Of a stretch of DNA of 64,000 nucleotides, positions 13,901 through 26,274 are shown one piece after another. The stretch comes from Dimorphilus gyrociliatus. Lineage: Eukaryota > Animalia > Annelida. The stretch is from NCBI GenBank assembly GCA_904063045.1, contig CAJFCJ010000014.1, forward strand, positions 620,001 to 684,000. The letters run 5' to 3'. The first letter of the stretch is position 1. Every line of letters begins with the position of its first letter. Below the pieces are notes generated by a model. The model ran no database searches. It was not told the DNA's origin and saw nothing but the letters and a program-made list of their open reading frames with translations. A program made the translations under genes and the position numbers.

Positions 13901-16900
13901 AGATCCTTTTAATAGTTTTATTCAATCGAAAAAACAATTTACGTATGAAGAATTTCAAAAGATTCTCGATGGAGAAAACGACTTTTATATTAATTTCAAC
14001 AAATTGAAGATATTTACCAAGAAAATGAGGATAAAGCGACTGGGGAACAATGCATTTTCAACGACAGATGAACGTGAGAATTGGTCCTCTGTCGATGCGC
14101 ATCATCTTATCGAAGAGTTAATGATTGCTACAAATTCGATGATTGCTTTGTTTCTCAACAAAAATGTACCCTGTTTTCCGATAAGACGACAGAAAGCTCC
14201 AGATGAAGAATCGATGGACGAGTGGAAGAGTAAGTATAAAAAACATGCCGTCACCTCTTTTGAATTAAGGCATGCATTCTTGGGTTATGGAAGAGTATGC
14301 TCTTGCCAGAATACATGCCTATGTATTGAAAATTTGGAAGAAATCAATGAGAATGATAATGTAAAAATAACAAAGGAATGTTGGGCAAGAATTAAAAGAT
14401 TATTGAAAGTGAAAAAAGTGGAAAATATACGGGAGATAATACAAATAGTTAATGATGCCAATAGTTTACCTTTCCATAAAATGGGTCTAGTTGATTTATG
14501 GCACATTAACAGAAGTGGTGAATTTGCCCTTAGCACCGCTGATGAAGAAGATAAAATTCATTACGCTCTGAATAAAAGTATTTACACAAACTTTACAAGT
14601 CCAATAAGAAGATTTGTAGATCTTGTTAATCATTTACTTTTGGAATCTATATTGAATGATTCTCAAAGACATTCACTGTCGACAGACGATCTTGATGAAA
14701 TTACAGATATTTGCAATATAAAATCGAAAAAAGCAAAAGCATACGAAAAAGATACCGTAATTCACGGACTGGCTCTTCAGTTAAAAGATGTTCCATTGGT
14801 CACTCCAACAACTCTTCAATCCATCAATTGCAAACGTAGACATTTGGAAGTTAATCCGTTAAACTTTAAATGGATACAAGATAGAGAAAAATTCCTATCT
14901 TTTTCTTCTTTGAGTTTAACCAAAAGTCCAATAGTGAATGAAGAAGATGAATCAGTTTCTCTCTACTGGAGAGAGAGAATTTACGATCTCGATGCTAATA
15001 TGACTAAAGAATATAATACGGGAAACAGAATAGACTATAATTGTAAAAACTACAATGCTAATATCAACCTACAATCGTGGTTAGATATTCTCCAATCGTC
15101 GAAGAGTGATAACTACGAAGATTTATATAAAAGTATTGCAAACGCTTCGGAAGCTTTCATTCGTAAAAATAAGAATTCTGTTGAATTGTCGAGTGAAATT
15201 CCCATGGAAAAGAGAATGCAACGTGAAAATGCACAGAAAAATATATTATGCCTGAGGGAAAATGAACATTTCGTTGATTATACATTAACCTTAAAGAGGG
15301 GAGAAGTATTCAATATTCAAATTAGCCCACGAAATTTTCGAAGACTTTTAATTCCATCCTTGCAATATCTAAAGATAACACGAAAGCATGGTGTTTGTCT
15401 TGAACACTTACAAAATCCACTATGTTTTACTGATAGACGTGTCTATCCGGCTGCGAAAGTAACATATAGAGACGTTCGAGAATATTGCGGTTTGTGGTTA
15501 CCACTTTTAAATCTGGAAGCAGTAGAGTCTGCCATAGCTGATGGTGTAAATTTTACTGTTAGAAATGTTCCAATTGAGTGGACAAAATATGATGAAAATG
15601 AGGATGATTACGAAGGAACAATGGAAATTGGTGCATTTTTCTTTAACGATAGAAAATTAAACATCGAAGTTGGCGATTATATTTGTATAAAGTATTATAA
15701 TATTATGAAAGATGTAAAATTTGAAAGCAACATAATGCCTAGCCTAGAAAAAAACATGTTGAAGGAAGAAGCAGTTTGGATATGTCACGCCATCTGTAGT
15801 TCCAAAAATCTTTTTTCAAATGGACAACAAATCAATGAAAGATTAAATATTATACCTGAGCATCTTTTCCCTGAAGAACCTAACACTGGCAAAATAAGGA
15901 TGGATTTTGAAGTAAAGTCAATGAGCAACCGACCCCCGAAAGATTTTTGGAGCAGAAGTAAAGACACCCCCGCTACAATTTCAATTCATCATTTGCCTTA
16001 TAGCGACTCAGTTAAATTTTTAACTTTAAGGAATCTTCTTAGAGTTGAAGATGAATTTATTCATGAAATTGTGGAAGGACGTATTCATGATAACAACAAT
16101 GATAAAACACTTTTGAGTTTAAAGACGAATGATTACCTGAAAAAACCAAATGAGGATCAAGAGAAGGCTATTCGAAGAGCAATAACAAATCAATTTACTC
16201 TTATTCAAGGACCTCCAGGCACTGGAAAAACTCAGACAAGCGCTCAACTTATCTATCAGTTATGGCATATCAATAAAAGTAAGCATAGGGAAGAGAAAAT
16301 CCTTTATTGCGGTCCATCGAATAAATCAGTTGATGTTATTCTTAGTAAGTTGTTAAATAGGTGATATTGCATATTATGAATATGATTTTCTATTCTTTTA
16401 TAGAACATTTGCAGAATTTAAAGTCAGAAATAAATTATGTAAGAATTGTCAGTTCGGCAATTGAAAATGCAAATTATCCAGTACCAGGCTTTATTGCACA
16501 TGGTAAAGCTGAATCTAATATAGATGCTGAAAGTGAAATGATTCAGAATAGAGACCGAGTCTTACATTTCGAGATAAGATCGAACGGTATGCCATATGCC
16601 AACGAATTGAAATATTACGATGAGTAAGTAGAGGCGATATAAATTTATAATATATTTTTTATCTACATTTTCTTGTTTTTTCCGCAGGCTTTTTAAGAAG
16701 GCAAAGAACAAAAAAGTCGACATATTTCACACTGACATTCGAAAGTACAAAAGGTGTCTGACTCGTGCAAAAAAAACGTATTTAAGAGACGTTGAAGTCA
16801 TTTTATGCACAACTGCCTTGTCTCCTCTCAAAATCCTTGACAATGCACAAATAGGACAAGTAATTGTAGATGAAGCAGGAATGTGCACGGAGGCTGATGC

Positions 16901-17809
16901 TCTCATTCCTATTGTACATCACAATCCATCTAAAGTTATCTTAGTCGGTGATCATAAACAACTTCAACCAATTATCAAGAGTAGACGTGCAGCTCTTCTT
17001 GGTCTAAAGCAAAGTCTTTTTGCTAGATACGCGAAAAAGCTTGATACAAATATGCTTACGAAGCAATATAGAATGCATCACAGTATCGCTGAGGTTCCAT
17101 CTCAAATATTTTACAATGGAAGATTGAAATCTCCTCTTCCTTGGCAAAATTCAAAACCTGAGTTGTCTATTTGGCCTAATAGTAGTGTTGCGTGCGCATT
17201 CTGCGACGTGGTAGGGAAGGAAGAAAGTGAATTGGTTTCTACAGCTTCCGCCAGTGAAGCATCAAAAAGAAATGTTGAAGAAGCTATGCATACTGTCAAA
17301 GTAGTCAAATGTCTCTTATCGAAAAAACAAGACAGAAAAGATATAGTAGTTTTAACGCCATATCGGGCTCAAGTTGAAGAGGTCAAACACCAATTGAAAG
17401 AAGCCAGCAAAGAGTTGAAATGGAAGAAATGTGCGATAGAAAAAATTGAAGTTCAAACAGTAATCAAGTCGCAAGGATCCGAATGGAAATACGTTGTACT
17501 AAGTTGCGTAAGATCTCTTCCATTAGATCAAATAGAAAGTGAACCAAACGAATCATGGACTGCAAGGGTTTTAGGATTTATAACGGATCCAAATCAATTG
17601 AATGTGGCTATAACAAGAGCCAAACACGGATTATTTATCATTGGTTTGTACAAAATGAAATACGTTATAGGTGAACAAAAATGCAAATAATTTTCTCTCT
17701 TATAGGTAACTCGAGACTACTACAAGCAAACTCTTCTTGGTCCACATTGATAGATTGGTATAGGAACGAAGGGTGCATTTTATCAGGGACAGACTCTTTC
17801 GCTATATAA
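7985..17809 (+). CDS. HELZ2: HELZ2-like protein copy A (CCCH/C2H2 zinc fingers, SF1 helicase, RNB, SF1 helicase), about 3150-3170 aa
   Basis: Exons 7985-10114, 10166-11643 (possible in-frame 60-nt intron near 10293), 11711-16344, 16404-16623, 16688-17643 and 17706-17809 join in frame through GT-AG introns. Motifs: GPFGTGKT/LIDEAGQ, TIDPKGSRDLDDA and FTSPIRRFVD (RNB), GPPGTGKT/IVDEAGM/NVAITRAK. Confidence 0.93.
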
Positions 17810-18635
17810 TCGAATCTAAATGTTTTGGTTCAATGTAAATAATTGGGTTTATTTGTAAAAATGTCTTGTTGCTAACAACATTTAAGAGAAGTTGATAAGA
17901 AATACTTGCAAATCTTTGTATCTCTCCGAAAACATCGAAATAAACTTATTAACTTACTCATGTTATTATTAATCAATTCAAAGAGAGAGACTGTTTTTTA
18001 TGTTCAGTTGATGAAATTGAAAGACATTTCCGCATAAAACAAATTCAAACACAATCTTGAACATGAAAGGTTTGAATTCTTTTTTTTCCTGATAAAAGTA
18101 TCAACTATGAAAACGAGATAGACAAATCTACGAAATAAAACAAGAATTTTCAAAAATATGGTCTTTATGTGGTCAAGTTTTCAGCCAAAGGCTTGCCTCT
18201 AACAAATCTGCAGAAATGTCTTTTGTTTTATGTAATGAAGTCAATCTTGGTATATGAAAGATACAGGTTATTTTTAAAATATTCTACGGAATATTGGTCG
18301 CTATTTCTGTCGAAATTTCATCTTGAACTTGAAGTTTTCTTCTGTTTTATGTACGATATGAAATACACTCCGATCACGTATACAACATGAGGAAAAGTTG
18401 ATAAGAAATACTTGCAAATCTTTGTATCAATTCCGAAGAGTGTACGGTTCCTCGACACGAACCAGTCTTCTCTTTATTTGTAATTTATTTTATTATATAT
18501 AATATAAACGCTACCTCTAAAAACAATTAAAGAAACATTTTGGTTGTTATAGCGGCCGTCTTTTGCTTGAATGTTCATTATTTTTTTCTGAACACAGATA
18601 AATCCCGACATAATTGTTAAAGAAAATTAAATTAT
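9137..18635 (+). repeat. Left arm of an about 9.5 kb near-perfect inverted repeat
   Basis: ORF pairs mirror with a constant coordinate sum of 50674 (10286/40388, 11784/38890, 16818/33856, 17809/32865), so there is no net indel between those anchors. Confidence 0.97.
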
Positions 18636-19446
18636 AGGTGACGAAATACGATAATTCCCTCCAGCTGCAGTCTTTGGCTTGAATGTTCCAGAAAATGAAA
18701 TTTTAGCTGAAAAAATACGATCAATACATAGGCCTTATTTTTATCATATATACAGTAACCCCTTTTTTCGAGGTATAGTTACTAAAGCTATCATCATGTA
18801 TGCTGTATAGACGGCTCTGGCTTCATAACCATTGAATGATTTCGGCAATTTCATTCGTTGAAATCTTTCGGTTTGGTCTCCGCAAACTTTTTTTCATCTT
18901 TTAACTAATAGTTTCTGGTTGATTGGTTAATACTTTAACGAAAAAGTGGAGACGGAATATATGAACTGTACATTAAGAAACAATAGACGCTGGTAAGATA
19001 GTTTTATTGATATTGAATAAGTTTCTAGTTCATTAATTTTAAAGATGGATAGCGATCCCCCATTTATCGATATCAGCATACGAATAATTGAAGCTGTTCA
19101 AGCTGAAGATAGCTAGTACACGCAAATATCTCTAATTTTAAAGGTATAATTCATGTTTTACTATTACTGACATTAAATTTCCAAATTGACTGGTATGTAA
19201 AACATGGGACCGGTCGAAAACGGCCATAAATGAAATATAAGACATATATAATAAGCCTAATTGAACCAGTATAGTAACGGCGAAAAAGTCACTCACAGTC
19301 GTTCTAACTTTTAATCTATTTTATAATTTTCACATACGAAACAGAGAGATTGTTTTCTTTGTTTTGTTGATGAAATTGAAAGACATTTCCGTATAAAACA
19401 CCTCGAATCCAATCCTGAACTTGAACGCTTTGAATTATTCTTCATA

Positions 19447-19560
19447 CAGTACCGGCGGTGAGTCACTGTTACACCTCAAAAAAAAAACATTTTCTTTCCG
19501 TACTTTAATGTGGTAGGCCTATTTTCAATGGGAGCATAAGTACTTGTCACAATCACAAAA
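19447..19560 (-). mobile_element. Inverted copy of the Tc1 terminal segment
   Basis: TA|CAGTACCGGCGGTGAGTCACTGTTACACC... is the reverse complement of the element end at 31578-31706. Confidence 0.75.
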
Positions 19561-20535
19561 ATGAAATACGTTATAGATAAACAAAAATGCAAATAATTTT
19601 CTCTACTATCAGGTAACTCGAGACTACTACAAGCAAACTCTTCTTGGTGCAGATTGATAGATTGGTATAGGAACGAAGGGTGCATTTTATCAGGGACAGA
19701 CTCTTTCGCTATATAATCGAATCTAAATGTTTTGGTTCAATGTAAATAATTGGGTTTATTTGTAAAAATGTCTTGTTGCTAACAACATTTAAGAGAAGTT
19801 GATAAGAAATACTTGCAAATCTTTGTATCTCTCCGAAAACATCGAAATAAACTTATTAACTTACTCATGTTATTATTAATCAATTCAAAGAGAGAGACTG
19901 TTTTTTATGTTCAGTTGATGAAATTGAAAGACATTTCCGCATAAAACAAATTCAAACACAATCTTGAACATGAAAGGTTTGAATTCTTTTTTTTCCTGAT
20001 AAAAGTATCAACTATGAAAACGAGAAAGACAAATCTACGAAATAAAACAAGAATTTTCAAAAATATGGTCTTTATGTGGTCAAGTTTTCAGCCAAAGGCT
20101 TGCCTCTAACAAATCTGCAGAAATGTCTTTTGTTTTATGTAATGAAATCAATCTTGGTATATGAAAGATACAGGTTATTTTTAAAATATTCTACAGAATA
20201 TTGGTCGCTATTTCTGTCGAAATTTCATCTTGAACTTGAAGTTTTCTTCTGTTTTATGTACGATATGAAATACACTCCGATCACGTATACAACATGAGGA
20301 AAAGTTGATAAGAAATACTTGCAAATCTTTGTATCAATTCCGAAGAGTGTACGGTTCCTCAACACTTCACGAACCAGTCTTCTCTTTATTTGTAATTTAT
20401 TTTATTATATGTAATATAAACGCTACCTCTAAAAACAATTAAAGAAACATTTTGGTTGTTATAGCGGCCGTCTTTTGCTTGAATGTTCATTATTTTTTTC
20501 TGAACACAGACAAATCCCAACATAATTGTTAAAAG
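19558..20535 (+). repeat. Direct duplicate of the HELZ2-like last intron, last exon and 3' flank
   Basis: Near-identical to about 17653-18620. The acceptor at 19611-19612 and an open terminal exon at 19613-19716 are retained. Confidence 0.93.
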
Positions 20536-21246
20536 AAAATGAAAACCGTGGCTGACAAATGCGATTAATTTACATAGCCCCCTGGCGGATCTAATATAAA
20601 GTTTTGGAACCCCTTAGACACTCCAAGAAGATACCAACACTTTATCGTCGGTAAAGTTTGGTTAATACAGCTCTATCAAGATCACGTTTTCGATGAAAGA
20701 AGGCGATTCAACATAGCTCCATCTAGTGACATTTCTATAAATACTGTTAAATTTTTGTAACGTTCTCACTATCTTTCTCTGACGACACATAAATGTATAG
20801 TATTCTGAATATAAACGTACAGTTTATTATTAATATCATATAAATAGTAATTTATTCACTTATTATCGACAAACAATCCATTTTTTTTGCTCTCTCACCT
20901 ACACCAATAAAATTTATAGGATTTCATTATTTTTCTATAAGAAGAGCACTTCGCCCTCCGTCCAACATGTGGATATGCCTATAAGGAACAGAACTACAAT
21001 AATAGATCTAATACATAATTGGCTTACGGTAAAGAAGATTAGCGGTGAATGAGTGCGACCCGTTGCTAATGTAGCTATGCGTTTAGAAGGGAATCGTTAT
21101 ATCGACTGATAACGCTTAGACGTAGTCTTTATTCGGCAGAGAAAAAAGGGATTTTGTTTTTTTGAACAAAACTGCAGAAAAAACTAATTGAAAACAAACA
21201 ACTATTCAAACAGTAATAATAATCACTAGGAAAAAGCCAATCTAAA

Positions 21247-21712
21247 ATGGATACAGTCGATTTAATTGCCTCTCAGATGGAGAAGAACAACTTTACTGAC
21301 GATAATATGATTCCCGGTAACTTTTTAGCTTCGCAGCTAAAAGCTATTTATAACGATTCATCATCACTTTTTTGCCAAAGTGTTTATAGGTTTGTTCTTT
21401 AAATATGTCTCTGTTAATTGAACGTCTTAATAAATACTTAAATAGCAATCCGAAACATAAGAAAACTCGATGGGCTAGTCTCTATCATACAGATTTTATC
21501 CCATTGATGGAACAGAAGCCAACCAGCGTAAGATCCGACAATCTATTTAGAAGAGCTTCGCGAGGTTTACAAAGATCTAATTCTTTAATTGTTAAGAAAA
21601 AGGACAAAAGTCCAGGAGAAATAACGGATAGAGCAATGAGCGCTAAGGTAATTGTCTTAAAAGTAACATTAGACTATGTGTATATAAGATTAAAGCATAT
21701 AGAATTATATAA

Positions 21713-21752
<40 letters not shown>

Positions 21753-23960
21753 TGTATATATAGTATTGTAAAATATCTAATAGCTTGTTATGTGCCTAGT
21801 TAATAAAACGAACAGTGTTATACGGTAGACCTGTCTATTAATAATGTCCGTAAAGCAAATATTTTACTTAGATTACATCAAATTTAAATAATTCCACATA
21901 CAATATATATATATGTATATATACAGTATATAAATTATTAATATACAGTATATGTAATAATAAAATAATTAATTAGGTCATAGATTAACGCCCGTAACGT
22001 ACCTTATCTATCAAGCTTTTTTCTTTTTATGCAATATAGAATCGTTATACTTTTATGTTGAGTATCTACAGCAGATATTCCTATTCTGCAAAAAGTAGTT
22101 CAATATTTCTATTTATAAATATATTAAACCATAACCATTGAATGGATAGAGAACAACCGCAACTGGTAGGTTATAATTCATATATGAATGTATATATTGT
22201 ATTTATATATACAATATTCATAGAGAAATTCATAGATAAGTACACAGAGTTATCTATAAACAAAAAAGACAATCATCCTTGACAACACATGAATAATTAT
22301 GAATTGTCAATGAAATCTCTTTTAATTTTTGTCTCTTTCTACAATTTAATCTATTTGAAAGTAAACACGTTTTATTAATATATCTCTTCGTATTTCTAAT
22401 TAATTCTATTTAAATAATGTTTAAATAGAGATAGATAAAAAGGATGATAGGACGATAGGATGATATTATATTCAAATAGCAGTGTTGTTCAACGTTTAAG
22501 CTTATATTATGTCTCGATCTAGCGGCTAAAAGATTAATATAACTTCTTGTTGGTATATACGCTCATATAGTTCTATTAGCGGATTACGGTAGTTCAGTTG
22601 CTAGCAACGATCAATGGCGACGGTAATCTTTATGTTTTTATTCCTGAAATAGTTTACATATTACAGTTTATTCTTAAAGATTTTAAATATATAAGTGTAT
22701 CTTGTTAACAGATTTTTAGCTCTTGGAAAGTACCTGATAGGTTAACGGAGAATAACTACGAAAGAAAAGGTAAAAATTTTCAAAGTACAATAAGTCCTTC
22801 AGTCGTAATTAATGGGATTATAATACTAATATTAATCTTTCTCTCTCTCTCTTTATCTTTCTCGTTTTCTTCTCTTTTCTAATTAATTCTTTTTCTAATT
22901 AGAAAATGAACTGGAGGAAAAAGTCGAACCGAAAGTTCAAAATAAGATACCCAGTCCTACAAGTATAGGTGTAGGGGCTGGAAGAGTAAACTCTTCTAAA
23001 AGTGGATCCGTAAGTTGTAAGTAGTCTTTTATTAGATTATTGTCTCTTTACAATCAAAAACTACTTTTAATCTCTTGTTTTTCTTATTTAGTACCTGGTT
23101 TACCATTTTCGAAGATTTCCAAACCCAATTCACCAAAGAAAATTCAATCGAAAGACGATCAGCCAGAGATTAAGACTAGATCGCTATCGCCTAAACAACC
23201 AAAGTCTCTTCGAGTTAAACAGGTAGTTTACGTAGGCGTAAACACATTTTTATTATAGTCTTCTCTATTTTTCTTATTCTAGCTCTTGCAATCATTTCCC
23301 AATGGTCCTAACGGTAAACGAGAGGAATGCATTCAAGCCGTCAGATCGGACTCTACTTTTGTTAGCGCAAATGATAGAAAGTTAATCGAAAGAGCTTTAA
23401 GCCCAACAAGAAGAAAGGCTGATCCTTGTCAAACTGTTCAAGATTGGCTAAAACGCGCTACGGATAAAGGTCGGTATCTAAAATTCTATAATAATCGTTC
23501 AATGAAAATTTAACACAACTTTCATAACGATAGACAAGGTGGCGGCAATCGATTTTTTCAAGTCGCTGGTTAATTCAAAGTTACAAGATTCTTCCGCAGA
23601 CAACGAGGAGACTGTTAAACTACTCAAGATATTGGAGACACTTGATAAGTATGTGATTCTTTTATAAAAAGTAACTTCTAACTGGGTCGTGTCTTATTCA
23701 ATTGTATTTTTTCCAATGTTAGAAATAGGCCAGCAGGAACGTATACTCTGCCGAATGGAAGCCAATACAAAGATCCTGGATTTCGATACATAAGGCAATT
23801 GACGCCGGCAACTCGAACCAACAGATGGATGTATACGACATGGCACCATCTACCGCCCGAAAATGAAGCGGCTCCACCAGTAAATAACACGAGTTCGCAT
23901 TACGCAAAAACCCAAACTTTACCGCAGCGTCATTACGTTGTTCACCCTGATTTGGGATAA
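21247..23960 (+). CDS. Uncharacterised multi-exon protein
   Basis: Series of open exons with GT-AG borders: MDTVDLIASQ..., SNPKHKKTRWASLYHTDFIP..., ENELEEKVEPK..., PGLPFSKISKPNSPKK..., LQSFPNGPNGKREEC..., DKVAAIDFFKSL..., NRPAGTY...HYVVHPDLG*. The middle exons (22.0-22.8 kb) are uncertain. Confidence 0.7.
21713..21750. repeat. (TA)n microsatellite; similar tracts near 49871-49911 and 56813-56849
   Basis: Directly visible dinucleotide runs. Confidence 0.95.
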
Positions 23961-24086
23961 TAATTGAAAATAAGGAATCGCACAAAAATGATATCTATTA
24001 TTTGTTTTCTTTTCAGTATTATTACACTCGTTGCCAAAGTCTTTTTTTTAGTATAGACAAATTAAAGAAATACATATTAAGGCATA

Positions 24087-24658
24087 TTAATCATCGAGAT
24101 CCAAATCGTATTCATTATACAGTTCTTTAGTCGTAGTATTTTTCAATATAGCTACCAAAATGGAAGTTTTTATTAGAAGATTATACAGGGTATTTACTAA
24201 TCTTTTGTTAGTTATATACTAAGATATTCTATTCTCCTACCTAATTTTCCCATTAACATTTGAGCGGCATCTTTCACTTCATTATACTCGTGTAAGCTCT
24301 TAATATATTCGTTATACATAGTAAGGTTATATCCTCTATACGATTTTTAAAAAAAAAACACTATTTAAGTATACTATACTGGTTCTAATAGGCTTATTAA
24401 ATAGAATATTCCAAACTTTGATTCCAATTTTTCAATTTCTGCTATTAAACTAATATTTTTCTTCTCTATTTCCACGACTTTTTCCGATTCGGTCTTTTGC
24501 ACTGTTTCCTGTTGTATCTGAACATATTTTTTTAGTACGTTAGATTATCCTTTTATACTATAAATTGACAATTAATTTTTTCTTACGGGAGTTTTGAAGA
24601 TATTCGGCGGCGACTTAAACTTTTGCGCCCTATTTCCACGACTATTCGACTTGTACAT
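24087..24658 (-). CDS. SWI5: DNA repair protein SWI5 homolog, 4 exons
   Basis: Hand-spliced MYKSNSRGN...FKTP-IQQETVQ...IAEIEKLES-KGYNLTMYNEYIKSLHEYNEVKDAAQMLMGKL-AILKNTTTKELYNEYDLDLDD* carries the Swi5 signature LHEYNxxKDxxQxLMGKL. Confidence 0.9.
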
Positions 24659-26274
24659 TATCTATTAGTGTGTTAAAAATTACGTTCAACAAAAACTTTA
24701 ACAAAAATGGCGCAAAGAAAAAACTGGTAGGTGGCTGTATGTTTTACTTTTTATTGTAGTATTAATTGTTTAAAATAAATTTGTAATTTATTCGATTTTA
24801 AGGGATTAATATAGCTGAATTATTTTTAAATAGAATGAAAACAGAGAAACTGATTGAAGATAATCCAAACAACTTGCAAATATTTAAATGAAAAGGCTAT
24901 TATGAAAAGATCTCCTAAAGTAATTAACGTTACAGATGGAGCCACATAACGTAGCATAATATATGAAAGGATGAAACATATAAACATTTATTTCAATAAC
25001 AGAGGAAATAAAATTAAAATGATCAAAATAGCAGTTAATATTTGAATTAGTTATGCATTTGAACTTTGCTGCTAAAGAAAGTCTTTCTTGAAATATATAT
25101 AACGGTTCGGATATCGAAGAGCCATCTACCGTCGTGAAGCATAGAGAAGGAGGTAATATTCAAATGAGGACGGAAAGTACAGAGACATATTCCTAGGAAT
25201 ATAGACTGTTGACTGTGTAACTATCTTCAGCTTTGCGCAGGAGCAATTCCATCGCCGATGAGGTTATCCGAGGCATGGATATTGCTAGTTGAAAACTATA
25301 CCCAATTCCCCGCGATATTCGCTTGAAATATTAGTGAGTAATCGCAATTTTTGTCGGCTAGAAATAGCCAAATAATTACGCTAAACAACGTATTAGAAGC
25401 CTTACTAGGGTGTGGAAGAAAACGGCCATAAATCTATGGTTTTTACCCTAAGCCAGCCCTTGTTTTTGTCTATCCTTTTTGAATACCCCTAACCATTAGA
25501 TGGGACCCTCCTAAGAACATATCAACAGTTATCTTATTCCTCCTAACCATTTCCCAGGCTGAAATCTAACTTTCAAATATTTCATTTATGGCCGTTTTCG
25601 ACCGGTCCCATGTTTTACATACCAGTCAATTTGGAAATTTAATGTCAGTAATAGTAAAACATGAATTATACCTTTAAAATTAGAGATATTTGCGTGTACT
25701 AGCTATCTTCAGCTTGAACAGCTTCAATTATTCGTATGCTGATATCGATAAATGGGGGATCGCTATCCATCTTTAAAATTAATGAACTAGAAACTTATTC
25801 AATATCAATAAAACTATCTTACCAGCGTCTATTGTTTCTTAATTACAGTTTATATAAATTGTCCTTGTCCCTTCAAGGAGACTTGTAAACGCATATTATG
25901 AACCCAGCGCCATCTAGATTTGATAAAAATAAGGTCTATGTGATTGATCGTATTTTTTCAACTACAATTTTAATAATAACATGAGTAAGTTGATAAGTTT
26001 ATTTCGATGTTTTCGGAGAAATACAAAGATTTGCAAGTATTTCCCTAAGGTTTAGGGGGTATTTATGAATAGAAAATAATGATAATCTACTGAATATATA
26101 TGAAGAATAATTCAAAGCGTTCAAGTTCAGGATTGTATTCGAGTTTGTTTTACAAGGAAATGTCTTTCAATTTCATCAACAAAACAAAGAAAACAATCTC
26201 TCTGTTTCGTATGTGAAAATTATAAAATAGATTAAAAGTTAGAACGACTGTGAGTGACTTTTTATGCTCTTGTT

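Noticed and set aside
12266-15967. Antisense ORFs inside the HELZ2-like genes (e.g. 212 aa at 13235-13873 and its mirror at 36801-37439)
   Set aside because: They are shadows of a long coding strand, have no recognisable motifs, and are duplicated only because of the inverted repeat. The same applies to antisense ORFs in BiP and other genes.
10139-16627. Apparent premature stops splitting the HELZ2-like ORFs (possible readthrough or pseudogene)
   Set aside because: Every break is explained by a 51-67 nt GT-AG intron that restores the frame.
18169-18390. 73-aa ORF identical in three copies (also 20076 and 32284), with two silent differences
   Set aside because: It starts at GTG in repeated 3' flank, and two silent changes are too few to show selection. 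The allele shared by copies 2 and 3 is explained by one private mutation in copy 1.
17650-20700. Repeat-plus-short-insert pattern considered as CRISPR-like or a prokaryotic defence island
   Set aside because: The DNA is spliceosomal-intron-containing eukaryotic sequence. The repeats are about 1 kb segmental duplicates, not short regularly spaced repeats.
22598-22612. GTTGCTAGCAAC X-box-like palindrome
   Set aside because: It lies within a predicted coding exon, 1.3 kb into the gene, with no promoter context.
24708-25560. Gene divergent from SWI5 starting MAQRKN
   Set aside because: Candidate exons hit stops in every join tried, and no homology was recognised.
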